A stretch of DNA of 64,000 nt, taken from assembly GCA_002633005.1 (NCBI GenBank), contig NMRA01000997.1, positions 1 to 64,000 of the forward strand, in the 5' to 3' direction. The notes under the pieces are model-generated. The model had not been told where the DNA came from. It saw only the letters and a list, made by a program, of their open reading frames with translations, and did not search any database. This DNA comes from Phoronis australis. Taxonomy: Eukaryota; Animalia; Phoronida. How positions within the stretch are numbered: position 1 is the first letter of the stretch; each line of letters starts with the position of its first letter. The translations under genes and the position numbers were made by a program. Positions 39,088 to 51,572 of the stretch are shown here, piece after piece.

Positions 39088-39172
39088 TATAGATTATTAT
39101 GTGGCGAAGTCGTTATCCCCCGTTATCTAGAGCCCAAGTGGATTTTAGAGAATTATCGCCCAAGGGGCGTTA
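39088..39172. repeat. Fragment of the palindromic repeat family also at 50594-50740 and 52190-52308
   Basis: Shares atagattat..tggcgaagtcgttatcccccgttatctagagccc.agtggatttt.gagaattatcgccc.aggggcgttag. Confidence 0.75.
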
Positions 39173-42007
39173 GTATTCTTTTAAGTTCAGCAGTATTTAT
39201 TCTACACTCGCAATTATAGATATCGCTACCAAGCTTGGCGTGCGTTCAGTAACGCTAGGACCTACGCTAGGATCTATGCAAGTAAAATCCAACACTTCTC
39301 ATTGTACAAATGACTATGCAACGGTTCACCAATACACGAGACTAAGCTGCACAAAAAATCGAATCCTCGCCATTGCTAACAGCACCGGGTAATATAATTG
39401 ATTTAAGAAAATGAATTCGATATCACCAAAGACAAACATGAAAAACGTGCAATAAATGCTTTTGTCGGTTGTAGCAATGCAGAACGTCTGGATATTTTTC
39501 ATGGCAGGAGCTTTTGACAATTCAACAAAAGGCTGTATTGATCTGTTCGTGGAAGCTGTCTGTGTAAAGAAAATAATATCTTACTGCATAGGTAATTTGA
39601 TGCTAGGTAAACATACCGCTGTGAAAAGCATTTATTGACATGAATACAAATAATGACTTCTGAGTTTCCGGGAAGGAAAAATGAAAGTAATTTCACACTT
39701 AGAGAACGAATTACAAAAACAAGCAACGTAATTATTTTTTCATAGCAGAAACGTTTGGGTTTTCAAGTATGGAATAAACAAGTGCTAAAGTCTGAGCTGT
39801 GAAATTTTTGACAACCCTTAGATGAAGCTAAAAGCCCATATAATACACGACCCCTTTGTACATGTAAACCGAGCAAATATTATCCCTTTATGAGTTTCAA
39901 CGTGAAAATATTTCCGGTGGGAAGGACAGGGACTCAATATTTGACGAGGTGTGCGGCAGGGAAATTGGCGCACTTCATCTTTTTGGAAAGCCGCCATGGA
40001 AATACCGCCTTTAGAGGACAAAAACGATTCAAAGGGATCCACACAAACTTTCAAGTGTCGGCTTCCCATAACAAATCCTTTTGCACAGTGTTCTTGCACT
40101 GTTGCAAAAATGGAATCTTTCGAAGATAATTATCTTGGGAAGACACCCTTTTGTAAGGAGTCGCACCACGAGAGGATCAAAAGGTCTACTCTAGAGTCAC
40201 AGATATAGATCTTGAACAAAAATTGAGCGTACATACCTCCAGGTGGGATATGTTCAAATTTTTTGGGCCATTACTTTTTTAAATTAGAGCATCATAAATA
40301 TTTTGGTCGAAAATAGCCCATGTTTGGTTCAAAAAGGTTCAGTTAGTGAAGTTGTTTTAAAACAGCTTAAAAAACACGAAAGAAAAAATATAATTCTTCT
40401 TTGAACCTCTCTATCAAAAAACAGGCTTTGAATTTTCAAAGGAGTTTCCAATAACCTTCGCTAGGGTGTCAAAAATCGATAATTTTTTCCAATTTTGTGC
40501 ATTTGATGTTTAGCCATTTTGAGGTGCTCTGGAGGCAAGCTGACTGGATGCTGGTGATTTCCAATTATATTTTTCACGAGTTTTCTGTCTAACTAAGAAA
40601 ATAATAAAGAAAAAATGTGACCTTTGTTGGTTTTTGAGTAACAGCTGATACAAAAGAAATACAATCGCCTATTTTACAGTGCCTGACTACGGGCGGTATG
40701 CAGCTGTATCTCATACACCTCATATATGTTTCTATGATGAGCAAATCAGTCAACGTTGATTTTTAGATACTTTGAGTACTGCTAGGTTCCTGGTGGCAGT
40801 TTCTATAACTATATTTCTTTGGTGACATTTCATGGCCAGAACGTTTCCATCGAGCAAACGGTGGCACAAGCATGTTTGAGAACGACGTTTCAATATCAAT
40901 CTAGTATACTGTTACGATATTTTGTTTCTTGTCCACTACTGTACCTGAGGATGATTTGATTAATATCGAAATGTCGTTTACATGTTGTACTCTTACGGTG
41001 TTTTTGTTTTCCATTTCTTATTCTAATTTTGCCAAAAACTAAATTTACTTTCATGCATGTTTTTGAGTGAGTCTAACTAGTGCTGCAACCCTAGAGCTTT
41101 AACCAGCTTCTCTAAAATTGAAAAATGGGGCTATGAAGAACCCAACTGCGAGTCCTCCCAATATTATCAAACGAAACTCTTGCAGTCTTTGCTATATGAA
41201 CGTCTCTGTGGATTGCTTCCACTTCTTTCACCATTAGTCCGAGCGTTTAGATGATCTGATTTCATGTTGCAATTTCTTTTCCAGTTTCTGATTTAGTCAT
41301 GTGTCATGTTGCAAAACGCCTCCTTGATCCATCTGCGAAAATTAAAATCTGTATATTGTCATCGTGAATATTTAAAGAGCCATTTTGCAGTTATTTAGCT
41401 GACAATGTGGAATTCTTACTAAAGAACTTTGGTGTATAAAAACCATGACACGCTTATCCAATCTTGAATTGTTGTGAAATAAAGGAGCTCACAATCCAAG
41501 TCGCAAGCAATGCGTACACGTGTCATTTTTGGCTTTGCAATAAAATCTAAAGGTGTATCTCGAGTCTCTGACTCTGACCGTGTCAAAGTTGTTGTTGGCA
41601 ACAAACACCAAATCCCATCACAGTTAGGAAAAGTTCAAAACCGACAGGAGTACATGTAAAAGGTAAAAAAGTTTTTCGTTTTTAGTCTTCTAAACCATAG
41701 TCACATGTCTCTCAAGTGCAATAATAGATGAGTTCTTACGGATGCACGAACGCAGTAACAAGTTGGTACAAACGTCACAATAGTGTGCAATGATTGTTCT
41801 AGATACACGTTTTGCCAACAATGCGTTGTGACGATGCGTTAATGGCGAGAAAATTACAAGTTTTCAAAAACCGCACGTGCGCCCGTCACCTCGGATTTGA
41901 TCCTGTATCCAAACCAGAGAACACGACTTGACTGGTGAAGCTGCATCAGGACTATTTCTGGTTTCATTTTGTCTGACGTACTGCCTCGTTCCCGATGTCT
42001 ATAGGCT

Positions 42008-42271
42008 TTGTAAGCCAAGTGCAACATATGTCCCATATATTACCGTAATCATTCGCGATTTATTCCAGTAATAATAAGTAATAATTCTTTAGCCAATCAG
42101 AGGCCAGGAATAATTACTGTTATAAATATTTATTAGTGTGCTTAATATTTATTACAGAAATAAATATTCATTAGAGTAATTATTCCTGGCTTCTGCTTGG
42201 CTCAATTAATACTGGAATAATTCGTGAATTATTACTGTAATAAATAGGACGTATGTCCCACTTAGCCTACA
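42008..42271. repeat. AT-rich foldback (imperfect palindrome)
   Basis: Arms such as tattccagta..agccaatcagaggccaggaataattact versus agtaattattcctggcttctgcttggct..tactggaata; outer ttgtaagccaagtg versus cacttagcctacaa. Confidence 0.75.
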
Positions 42272-44649
42272 ATAAACGACCGGGTTTGGTGTGGCAAGCG
42301 TTTACGAGAACTAAAACAAGGGAATTCGCACGCTCCATCGATAAATACGCCCGGTGTTTTTTGGATAGCGTCAGACTTGAACTCGTTATATAGTGAGGGG
42401 TGAAGAGCAGTGTGTGTGCCGATTCACAAATGGTGGACGCCAATCTGCCTTCTTCATATTAAATAAAGTCGCACTTTATTTGACAATTAAAGACTTTGAA
42501 AGGACGTGATTGAACGATCAATGAAAATAATAAAACAGCATATCACGCATCAGAAAATGACAGAAAATCCTACGGCCCAAGATTATCGATTGAAAAATAC
42601 TGAATCTCTTGCAAAGATCAAGAGATTAATTTGACACAAAATATTGACTTCAGCTTCACACTAATGTTGGACTCGACTCGGAGGGGTATTCGATTGTTCT
42701 AGTTTGGCATTCGATGTAGCTGGACGATACTCAGACATTTAGAAAATGGACTCGGCCAAAAAGGACCTATTTGTAGGGAGCATCCGTGAAAATTTCAAAA
42801 TAGGGAAATTAAAATGTTTCAATGAAATCCACTCAGACGTTTCAAGAACTTGTGTTCAAGTTCAAGGGAATTCGATTTGCCGAAGCAGAGAAAACGCGGA
42901 AAACGTCGCGAGTCTAGAAAATCTGACGCTTTTCGTTTAATCAGTCGGCGAAAACTTGGTTTTGGTCAATACGTTACCCATACATGCCTTAGCCATGTTT
43001 GTTAATTCAATTTTCACTCGCGATGTCCTAAGCATGGACGGTGCAGCACTAAAATANNNNNNNNNNNNNNNNNNNNNNNNNNNNNNNNNNNNNNNNTTGT
43101 TTTCAACTTTGATGGTTTGTATTTTGGTCTAAACTTACTGAAAATCTGTGAAAAAATTGGGGCACACTGCATTAGTTTTTCGTTACTACCGCTCAAACAA
43201 ACATGTTGAATTTACATGGATTACTGATTAACCACTTCTAATTAAGTTTAGGAATACAATTCCTTTAGAAACATATTGATTTTATTATCACCAATGTTTA
43301 ACGGGTTTAATTATTTTTCCATCTTTCCTGACTTTCTTATGTCTCGGCGGATTTTGAGTACGGCAGACGAATTTTTAACGTCTCTGGTCTCACACAAACA
43401 GTTACCGTCGTTTTTTTAATGTTTTGGTTTAACATCCCTCGTATTTACTATAACAAGAAAAAAATTAGCTCATATAGCCTCACGTATGAAAGTGCCAGTT
43501 GACCCCTCAACAATGTTCCGACAACAAGGTCAACTTGACCGTGACCTTACGCGCTGCATTCCATCACGTGGGATTATTGTGAAACAAGTTTTGTTGGTGA
43601 AACTAGTGCGGATTTGCCGTTTTACCGCGAATTAGACAGATACAATATATATTTGCAGTCGTGTGTGTCCGTATTCTTTTTTAACACTATTTCCCTGTAA
43701 AAAGATGTCCCGCCGTGCTATTTGAATAACAAAAAATTAATGCAAAATCAACATTTTCAAATTTAATTAATATTAAACAACAACAAAATACAGCGTGACA
43801 TGTAACTGTAATAGCATATCTACAAAATGTTGAAAAATGTGCAACTTCATGGTATCAGACGTTTGAGCGCATGCGCCACTCGAGTACGAAGGGGCCGACA
43901 TCCTATTGCGAGTATTCAATATTTTTATAGCACAGAAAAGGTATGCGGCGTCATTTGCACAAGTTTTACATTTCTCGGTCCCTTTCAAACCTAAAGAAAT
44001 TTAGACTCTTGCATTTTCCTTCTGAATATTGACATGAAGTGGCGGCACAAAAGTGGCGGTTTTGTTTACCCTTCCCAATGTCTTTCCGCCCCTAACTGTT
44101 CGGCCGTACTCACCAGACCGAGGGCGCGCTCCTGCCTGGTGGAGATAGACTAAGAAGGAAACTGTCCCATTGTTGTTCAAGTTTTTTAAACGCAAAAAGT
44201 TCAAACTTTTTGATGAAAGCATGTTTTGAATATGTTCAGCTGTTTTAAATATACAGATGATCTCATGTTTTAATACTACTCACGAACCAGGTGTTAGCGG
44301 GTACGTTTACCAGACTGGCAAAGAGTCAGTCATACTGCGAGGCTCTTTAAAAAAGCCCTTGTGGTCAGCTTTGGAACTAATTTTAGATTCATTGGAAGTC
44401 GCCATTTGCAAAGAAAACAGCATTCAACGCTCACTATCTTGAAGTTAAAGTAAGGCTTTTTAAGTTAAATTCTGCACGTATTATTGTTTCTAAGAGTTAT
44501 TTCGATGTCAGGGTTTGAAAAAAAATGTTGAATTTGCTCACAACTGGGAGTTATTTTTTATTCTGCAAAAATGTGTTTCGAGCTGTTTTCAACTTCAAGG
44601 CCAAGGCCAAGGCCCAGCAATGCACAGCACTCATTGATATTGGGTTTTT

Positions 44650-46137
44650 GCTTGCCTGACTGAACGTGGAACTGGTCGGATCAGAGAAACGGTGGTTCAC
44701 CAGAAAACTTCCCTGGCAGTATTCGAACTGAGTCTTTTCTAAATTTTTAAAGGAACTTCACAGATTCCACAAATGTCCAAAAGTTCCACCATCCAGTCAC
44801 GCTGTGGTGACTGGTGTAGACAGGGACAGTATAGTACCTGTGACACAGTCACTAGCTGTGCTAAAATCAAGAGTTGGAATTGTCGACGTGATCAATGTTC
44901 TGACATGTTTGAACATTGTGCAACCTTCCAATCGCAGCCTGCAGAAAAATGAATGATATGAGCCAAACGGTAACTCAACTGAATGAAGAGCAGGTGATTG
45001 ACTCATTGACATTGAGAACCAACGCTACGTTAGAAAAGTCAGTACTCTGGCTGGTGGCGAAGGTGTTGCAGACGTTCAGTTTGACGTTTCATACTCCAAT
45101 AGGCCACAAGGTGGTTGCGAGAAAGCCAAACAGAGCTTCGGGAGACTTGTGTTGTGGAGCACACGACGACCTTAAAACTTCCACTGGCCCTTGCCATGGC
45201 AAACAAACACTGCAGGATTACCGACTGCAAGCATAAACACTACAGCAAAAATTACGCACCTGAGCAACCCATTGCATCAAGTGAGCGCACACTGCTACAA
45301 ACCAGGCCCAGTGCAGTGGAAAACACTGGGGTGGAGCTGAAGATCACAAGCATAACAACTGATGCCAGCAGCCAAGAGTCAAAAGTCATTATTACAGTGG
45401 TGAAAGACAAAAACCTGCAAATGTTTCATCTACAGACTGAGGAGAATGCAAAAAAGCATTAATGAAGCGGGGCTGAAGTTTTCCTAGCTCACGCGTCATT
45501 AGAACTAGAGGAAATTTTCTCTGCTATTACGAGCTGTGTTACAAAAGGAACTTACAAACCCAAAAATAAGAAGAACCGAGTGAGTCGATTTTTTGAAACT
45601 CAAGGCTGCTGTTGTGTACAGTTAATTCGCTGTCTCTCGGACAGCACCATCGTGGTCACCAACTTTTGTCTGTGCATCGCTCACCACATCAACTAAGAAC
45701 TCGGTGAAAGTGACTTGAGGACTGTGCAAAACAAAATCAATTTGTATTTTGACCAGTAACAACTCAGCGATGTGCAATACCTATTCAACACAAACATTAG
45801 CAGCTGTTTATGTGTATATGCCAAAAGCGACAAGATATACTCCAAATTTCACAGTCCTGTCATTCAGCTGTTCGTTGAAGAACCTTGGGACAAGGGAGAT
45901 AGACAGTGAAGCTGACAGATACAACAAGACTAACCGTGCCTGCAAACATTGCTATGAAAACAATTCTGAGGAAACCGGACTCCAGAAAGTGCTACCATAC
46001 CAAGCGAAAGTGAACCCAAGCAAACAAAATGGTCAGGTACTATATGAGGGAGAGGCTAGACAACACGAAACTGTTTGATGGATCTGTCTATAATTCAGCA
46101 CGCATAGCATCTACTAATGCTGCTGATCACAACCACT
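44650..46137 (+). pseudogene. Kolobok-family (KolobokP-type) DDE transposase relic
   Basis: ADVQFDVSYSNRPQGGCEKAKQS, VVEHTTTLKLPLALAMANKHC..C.H...KNY.....IASSE, SITTDASSQ, YMPKATRYTPNF...HSAV..TLGQG, terminal ADHNH; many frameshifts. Confidence 0.6.
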
Positions 46138-46242
46138 AGTACATACTCGGTCACTGGTTGTGTTTTAGTCTAAAACAAAAACTATTTAACTAAATAATAA
46201 TTGTAAAATCATGGTACTTAAGCTCTTGATAAGATTATCGTA

Positions 46243-46613
46243 TTAGCAGGCATGATTTGTATCCCCGGTGGCCTGTGCATTCCCCATTATTTTTACTAAT
46301 TTGTCATTGAAACAAGAATTATTAATTTTGGGAGGTTCATATGAAAGGTAGGAATATTTTATAGGATTATGACAGAGGTGGGAAACTTGATGGGACTGGG
46401 ACAGCCAGTGGGGCATGCCCTGGAGATTACAAGACCAGCGATGCGCCTGTGTACTATGACATACTGTCCTGAAGTAAACACAGTACTGGAACGCCGTATT
46501 CTTTGTTATTGACAGCTGACACTGTCCCACAGGGCGAGACTTTAAAGAGACGATTTGTTTTAGACTATGGCATGTTCAAAATTTAAGAGTGCTTGAAAGA
46601 ACATATTGGCCAT
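46243..46613 (-). pseudogene. His-Me finger (I-PpoI-like, His-Cys box) endonuclease relic
   Basis: ATG at 46613; CQL..NKEYG..AHR...HQVSHLCHNP..SYLSYEPPKINN matches SHLCHNxxCxNxxHLxxEPxxIN. The CxNxxH part is eroded and frameshifts are present. Confidence 0.75.
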
Positions 46614-46699
46614 GGACGAGAGAGGGTAGTTGACATGTAAAAAGGTATTTTTGAGTTACATGGGATAGCACTGTAGTCCACTATGACTTAATGAACATT

Positions 46700-48269
46700 A
46701 AAATGTCATTTAGAATGCGTCATTGTCTTCTGCTTAATCCCTGGCACCACATACACACCCAGCTGCCGGACTCCATGCCACCAGCTGGACCAAATCCACA
46801 CGTGTTTCAATACTAGCGACCAACAAAAAGTATTGGAATGACTTTGATCAGTGTCAGAGAGAAGAATTTGTGCCACAACTTAGAAATGTCTGTTAAAAAT
46901 TTCTCTTTTTCTTTTAGGGGGCATAGATTCAGTTTTCATGGCGTTTTGCCTAGCAGAACACATCAATCTTTTTCTTCACTCTGTCAAAAACCGTAGGCAA
47001 AGAATGATAAGTTAAGTCATTTCACATCAGGAACCCTGCAAATGAGCGCAGAAACTTTATTTTGTCTTGTATTTTCGGCCCTCTTTCACTCCTACTGAAA
47101 AGCAAGGTGAGCTAAGAAAAAAGGCAAAACACAATAAAAAATCACAACTTCTAAATTTTGTTCAGAATAGTTCCTCTTCATCTGCTCACTTATTTTGTGA
47201 AGTAAAACATGCAGGTGCGACATGAAGCTTAAAATTTTATAAACTTGAAACTCAGTTTTTAGTGAAGATTCGCCCACTAAAGTGCAGCGTACTCTCACAT
47301 GTTGCTCACAGTGACGTGACTGACTACTGTGTTCAGTTGAAATATTTGTGATTCATTCTGTTCCAGCTCCATCATGAGTGAAGACTCTACGTTCACATTC
47401 ACTCTACCCCAGAGCATCGTCAACACTGCAGCCAGGCTTGCTTCCCGCCAACATCGCAATTTAACCGTCGACGTAAACGACGGNAAAATGTCATTTGGAA
47501 TGCGTCATTGTCTTCTGCTTAATCCCTGGCACCACATACACACCCAGCTGCCGGACTCCATGCCACCAGCTGGACCAAATCCACACGTGTTTCATTACTA
47601 GCGACCAACAAAAAGTATTGGAATGACTTTGTTCAGTGTCAGAGAGAAGAATTTGTGCCACAACTTAGAAATGTCTGTTAAAAATTTCTCTTTTTCTTTT
47701 AGGGGGCATAGATTCAGTTTTCATGGAGTTTTGCCTAGCAGAACACATCAATCTTTTTCTTCACTCTGTCGAAAACCGTAGGCAAAGAATGATAAGTTAA
47801 GAGTCATTTCACATCAGGAGCCCTGCAAATGAGTACAGAAACTTTATTTTGTCTTGTATTTTCGGCCCTTTCACTCCTACTGAAAAGCAAGGTAAGCTAA
47901 GAAAAAAGGGCAAAACACAATAAAAAATCACAATTTCTAAATTTTGTCCAGAATAGTTCCTCTTCATCTGCTCACTTATTTTGTGACGTAAAACATGCAG
48001 GAGCCACACGAAGCTTAAAATTTCATAAACTTGAAATTCAGTTTTTAGTGAAGATTCGCCCACTAAAGTGCAGCGTACTCTCACATGTTGCTCACAGTGT
48101 CGTGACTGACTACTGTGTTCAGTTGAAGTATTTGTAATTCATTCTGTTCCAGCTCCATCATGAGTGAAGACTCTACGTTCACATTCACTCTACCCCAGAG
48201 CATCGTCAACACTGCAGCCAGGCTTGCTTCCCGCCAACATCGCAATTTAACCGTCGACGTAAACGACGG
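46700..48269. repeat. ~785-bp tandem duplication joined by a single N; probable unmerged haplotypes
   Basis: 46700-47483 matches 47485-48269 with few differences; the junction is exactly the N at 47484. Confidence 0.85.
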
Positions 48270-48654
48270 CAACGTGAAGCTGAATATCACAAAGCCCAAC
48301 TCCAAGTTTGTAACATTCCGCAAGCCTGCCCAGTGTGTTGTGCAGAGTAGTCAGGGTCTGTCGTGTTATATTCATAATGTTGAAGTGGTAAAGAAGGCAA
48401 AAACTGTTGAGGTTAAAGTTGAAAAAGTGGGACAGGAAGTGAATGGGGTGCGGGATGAAAAAGATGGAAGAGTTGAGGAGGTGGTGTCTTCAGGGGCGGC
48501 GACAGAACCTGTGGGTGTGGCAGGCCATGAGGAGAAGGGTGAGGCATCTGGTGAGGGTGCACCTGAGGAAGATACTAGGACTGAAGGGGACATGGTGCCT
48601 GCAAGAAGGTACAGTACACGGCCACACAAAAAAAGAGTGGTCCAGCTTCTCAGG
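48160..48654 (+). CDS. Putative first coding exon (165 codons) of an unidentified gene
   Basis: Acceptor ttctgttccag 7 nt before tccatcATG; open frame richer in G than its flanks, with a Glu/Gly-rich stretch and RRYSTR; phase-0 donor agg|gtaagg at 48655. No domain recognised. Confidence 0.5.
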
Positions 48655-49158
48655 GTAAGGATGAATGTTTTAAGATCAATGGCTTTAAATTCCTACACAG
48701 TCATGAACATGCAAATCATATTTTTGAATTACTTTATAATAGACGATTTTTACCAAACTATGCAAAACAAGGATGAGTTTAAATGTGCTGCAATACTGTT
48801 TGTCAGTTTGAAAAAAGTTCTCATTATTTTGAAGGAAGTCCATTGATATGTTAAAAGCCATTTCCTGAAATTAAGGCGATAAGACAACAAACTGTTGGAC
48901 TGCGGCAGTGCAGCGGTCCATGAGCAGAGGCTCGCAAATTTTGTTGAGTTGAAAATGTCAGTGTTGTTTTTTTAACCATCAGCATGCAATCAGGTCCCAA
49001 CCATAACATCTGGTACTAAACTGTTAATTATATAACACTTCTGTATTAGTTTTATTTTCCAAATATCGTCAACATGAACCCAGTCGCCAATTCCTTGGTA
49101 GCTACAATGTTAAATTTCGTTGTTATATAATTATTTTCAGAGAATGTTACAAGTTTAA

Positions 49159-50265
49159 AGGCGAAGGCAACCCTTTTCCATGTCATTTTGAGCTAAAATA
49201 AGGTTGGTTGGTCATCCTAGACATATTTTCCACTTAATTACAGCTTTTCGTAACTTTATTAATTACTCGGCCGCTACTCCGGAAGTGACGTTTTAGGAGG
49301 CAAGCATTTCGCGCCAATTTCTTTTCATATAGTCTGACTGTGAGAGCTGCTGAGTCAGTCATTGTTCTACCTCGGTTGTGTTAAATTCCGTCGTCGTTTG
49401 CTTTCATTTACTAGTCAATCAACATGCCACACTGTTGCTGCGTACCAGGATGTACTAATTATCGGCACACGCGCGCTTTGGGAGTACCTTTGCATCGCTT
49501 TCCGATGGATGACACACTTCCCCGTTCTTGGCTCGTTCGTGTGAAGAACGCAGCGTTACCCGTCCACGCAACGTATAAAGCAGTGGAGAATTACCGATTA
49601 TCGTGGGTGTGTCAAGCACTTTCTGCCGTCCGATTACGAAAGGGATTTGTACGCTGAACTGATGAAGGTCCCTGCGAAACAACGTCTGAAGAAGGATGCC
49701 ATTCCGACTATGTTGATTCCCGCCAGTGCCCCGTCGCCACCCCCGAGAAGTGCGTTTTTGAAGCGAGAAGCCTCGCGAGCTGTGGCCAGTACAGTGACTG
49801 TAGCCAGTGGAGGCACTTCATCTACTGTCACCCGTGCCTCCGAACGTACACCAGAGCGTGTAATTCCTGGAACCAGTAGTGATTCGCCCTGTGCTGTTTT
49901 CTCCAGCTCAGAGCCTCTAAGCAGCCCTGCAGCGATATTGAGTAGTGGGAGTGATTACAGGCTCAGTTCGACACCCAGTGAAGAGGACAGTTCGTCATCC
50001 AGTGAACAGATCGGTGAGCCAAACTTTGATAAGTTTATTGTGGACTTGTCTAACGTGTTGGAGCTATTTAGAAGGTGCCAGGTGTGTGGCGAGGNNNNNN
50101 NNNNNNNNNNNNNNNNNNGCTTGCCTCCTAAAACGTCACTTCCGGAGTAGCGGACGAGTAATTTATAAAATTACGAAAAGCTGTAATTAAGTGGAAAATA
50201 TGTCTAGGATAACCAACCAACCTTATTTTAGCTCAAAATGACATGGAAAAAGATTGCCTTCGCCT
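49159..50265 (+). mobile_element. Kolobok transposon with ~147-bp TIRs, TTAA TSD and THAP-transposase 5' part; rest lost in N gap
   Basis: TTAA|aggcgaaggcaa...ggaggcaagc (49159-49305) is inverted at 50119-50265|TTAA. MPHCCCVPGCTN..LHRFP..W, (frameshift) RLKKDAIPT, KFIVDLSNVLELFRRCQVCG. Confidence 0.85.
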
Positions 50266-50593
50266 TTAATACACAATTACTGTTGTTTCCATCTTTGTTG
50301 TTTCCTTTAAAGTGGTAAATCGTTACATTTAAAACTATTTCTTTTATTAGAGAAAATTTGTAACATAACGCTTACGTACATACATATAGGGTTTGATCCG
50401 CCACGTGAACAGTCAGCATGAAGTATCTAAAAATCGAAAATATGAAAAAGTTTAAGAATTTGAAGCGTATGGGATAAATACAAAAAGAACCTCGATTGGC
50501 ATAAACGAAGTAGTATTGCTCTCGACATTATTCCGTGTATTCAACGAAACCGAAGGTTAAGGTCGATACGCGGAATTATGTCTCGAGAGATAT

Positions 50594-50740
50594 ATATAGA
50601 TTATTAAATGGCGAAGTCGTTATCCTCCGTTATCTAGAGCCCGAGTGGATTTTGGAGAATTATCGCCCGAGGGGCGTTAGCCCCGAGGGTGATAATTCTG
50701 CAAAATCCACGAGAGCTCTAGATAACGGGGGATAACGACT
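50594..50740. repeat. Long-hairpin palindromic repeat (MITE-like)
   Basis: agtcgttatcctccgttatctagagc...gctctagataacgggggataacgact folds back on itself around ggggc-gtta-gcccc; inverted copy at 52190-52308. Confidence 0.8.
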
Positions 50741-51267
50741 GAGAACATGTAATAAAATATTTATACCACATACTGAACGAGAAACATTGCACTGAATCGA
50801 TCTACCTTTCTCGACTCGCCTCGGCTTTGTAACTACTTTCTATGTCAGAGACCCGGGGTTGGAGGTCGTGACCTTTTAAGAAAAGCCGAGATATTTTAGT
50901 AAAATAATGCTTTTACTCAAAACCAATTGAAAAATAAAACAAAATAGAAATAAAATGAATCTACAAATTAAGGTTTAGCAACTGTTATAGCTTACTACAC
51001 ATTTTATCACTCTAAATTTCGACCGGGAATATATCGTCTGCTAAAGTAGGTTACCACTAGTAACTGACTATAATGCTCAAGTCAAAGGATCCCGACCACA
51101 CGACACCTGCATTCAAATTGGAGATCGGTGAGGGAACACGAGAGAAAATTTTTACTGAATTAGAATATTTGTTTCTATGGAAATTATGCTTCTTATTTTT
51201 CATAGCGTATAATTGTCGGTGCAATGCCCTTTGCTGAACATGCGATTGTTGCGCGTGCTCGTTTAAA

Positions 51268-51455
51268 TATTCTATTTTCACGTTCGATGACGTTAGCCGC
51301 TTAGTGGTGTAGTGGTAAAGTCGGCGACTCGCAACTGTTGACGCCCGGGTTCGAATCAGGCCTCGGTTTGCCGCCAAAATGTTATCTCACTAGTGAGATA
51401 ACTTTATGGGTTATTACACGGTTGTATCTGCCATTCGAGGCTAATATTGTGGTAT
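51268..51455 (+). mobile_element. tRNA-derived SINE-like repeat, copy 2
   Basis: Matches 37802-37988, including the A and B boxes and the internal palindrome. Confidence 0.7.
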
Positions 51456-51572
51456 AATACTTCATCTACGCCACTCTCTGTACGTTTTGTGTATGTATAC
51501 AGCATCTACAGTTGTATACGGATTGGGTCGTATTTCACAGTAAATAGTGTGACGTAATAATATCCGTATTTT

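Noticed and set aside
41100-41700. Possible Sola1 relic (AKNDTCTHC on -)
   Set aside because: A single motif with no supporting catalytic residues.
44341-44357. Second histone-like stem-loop (ggctctttaaaaaagcc)
   Set aside because: 17 nt, imperfect, and not at the 3' end of a recognisable gene.
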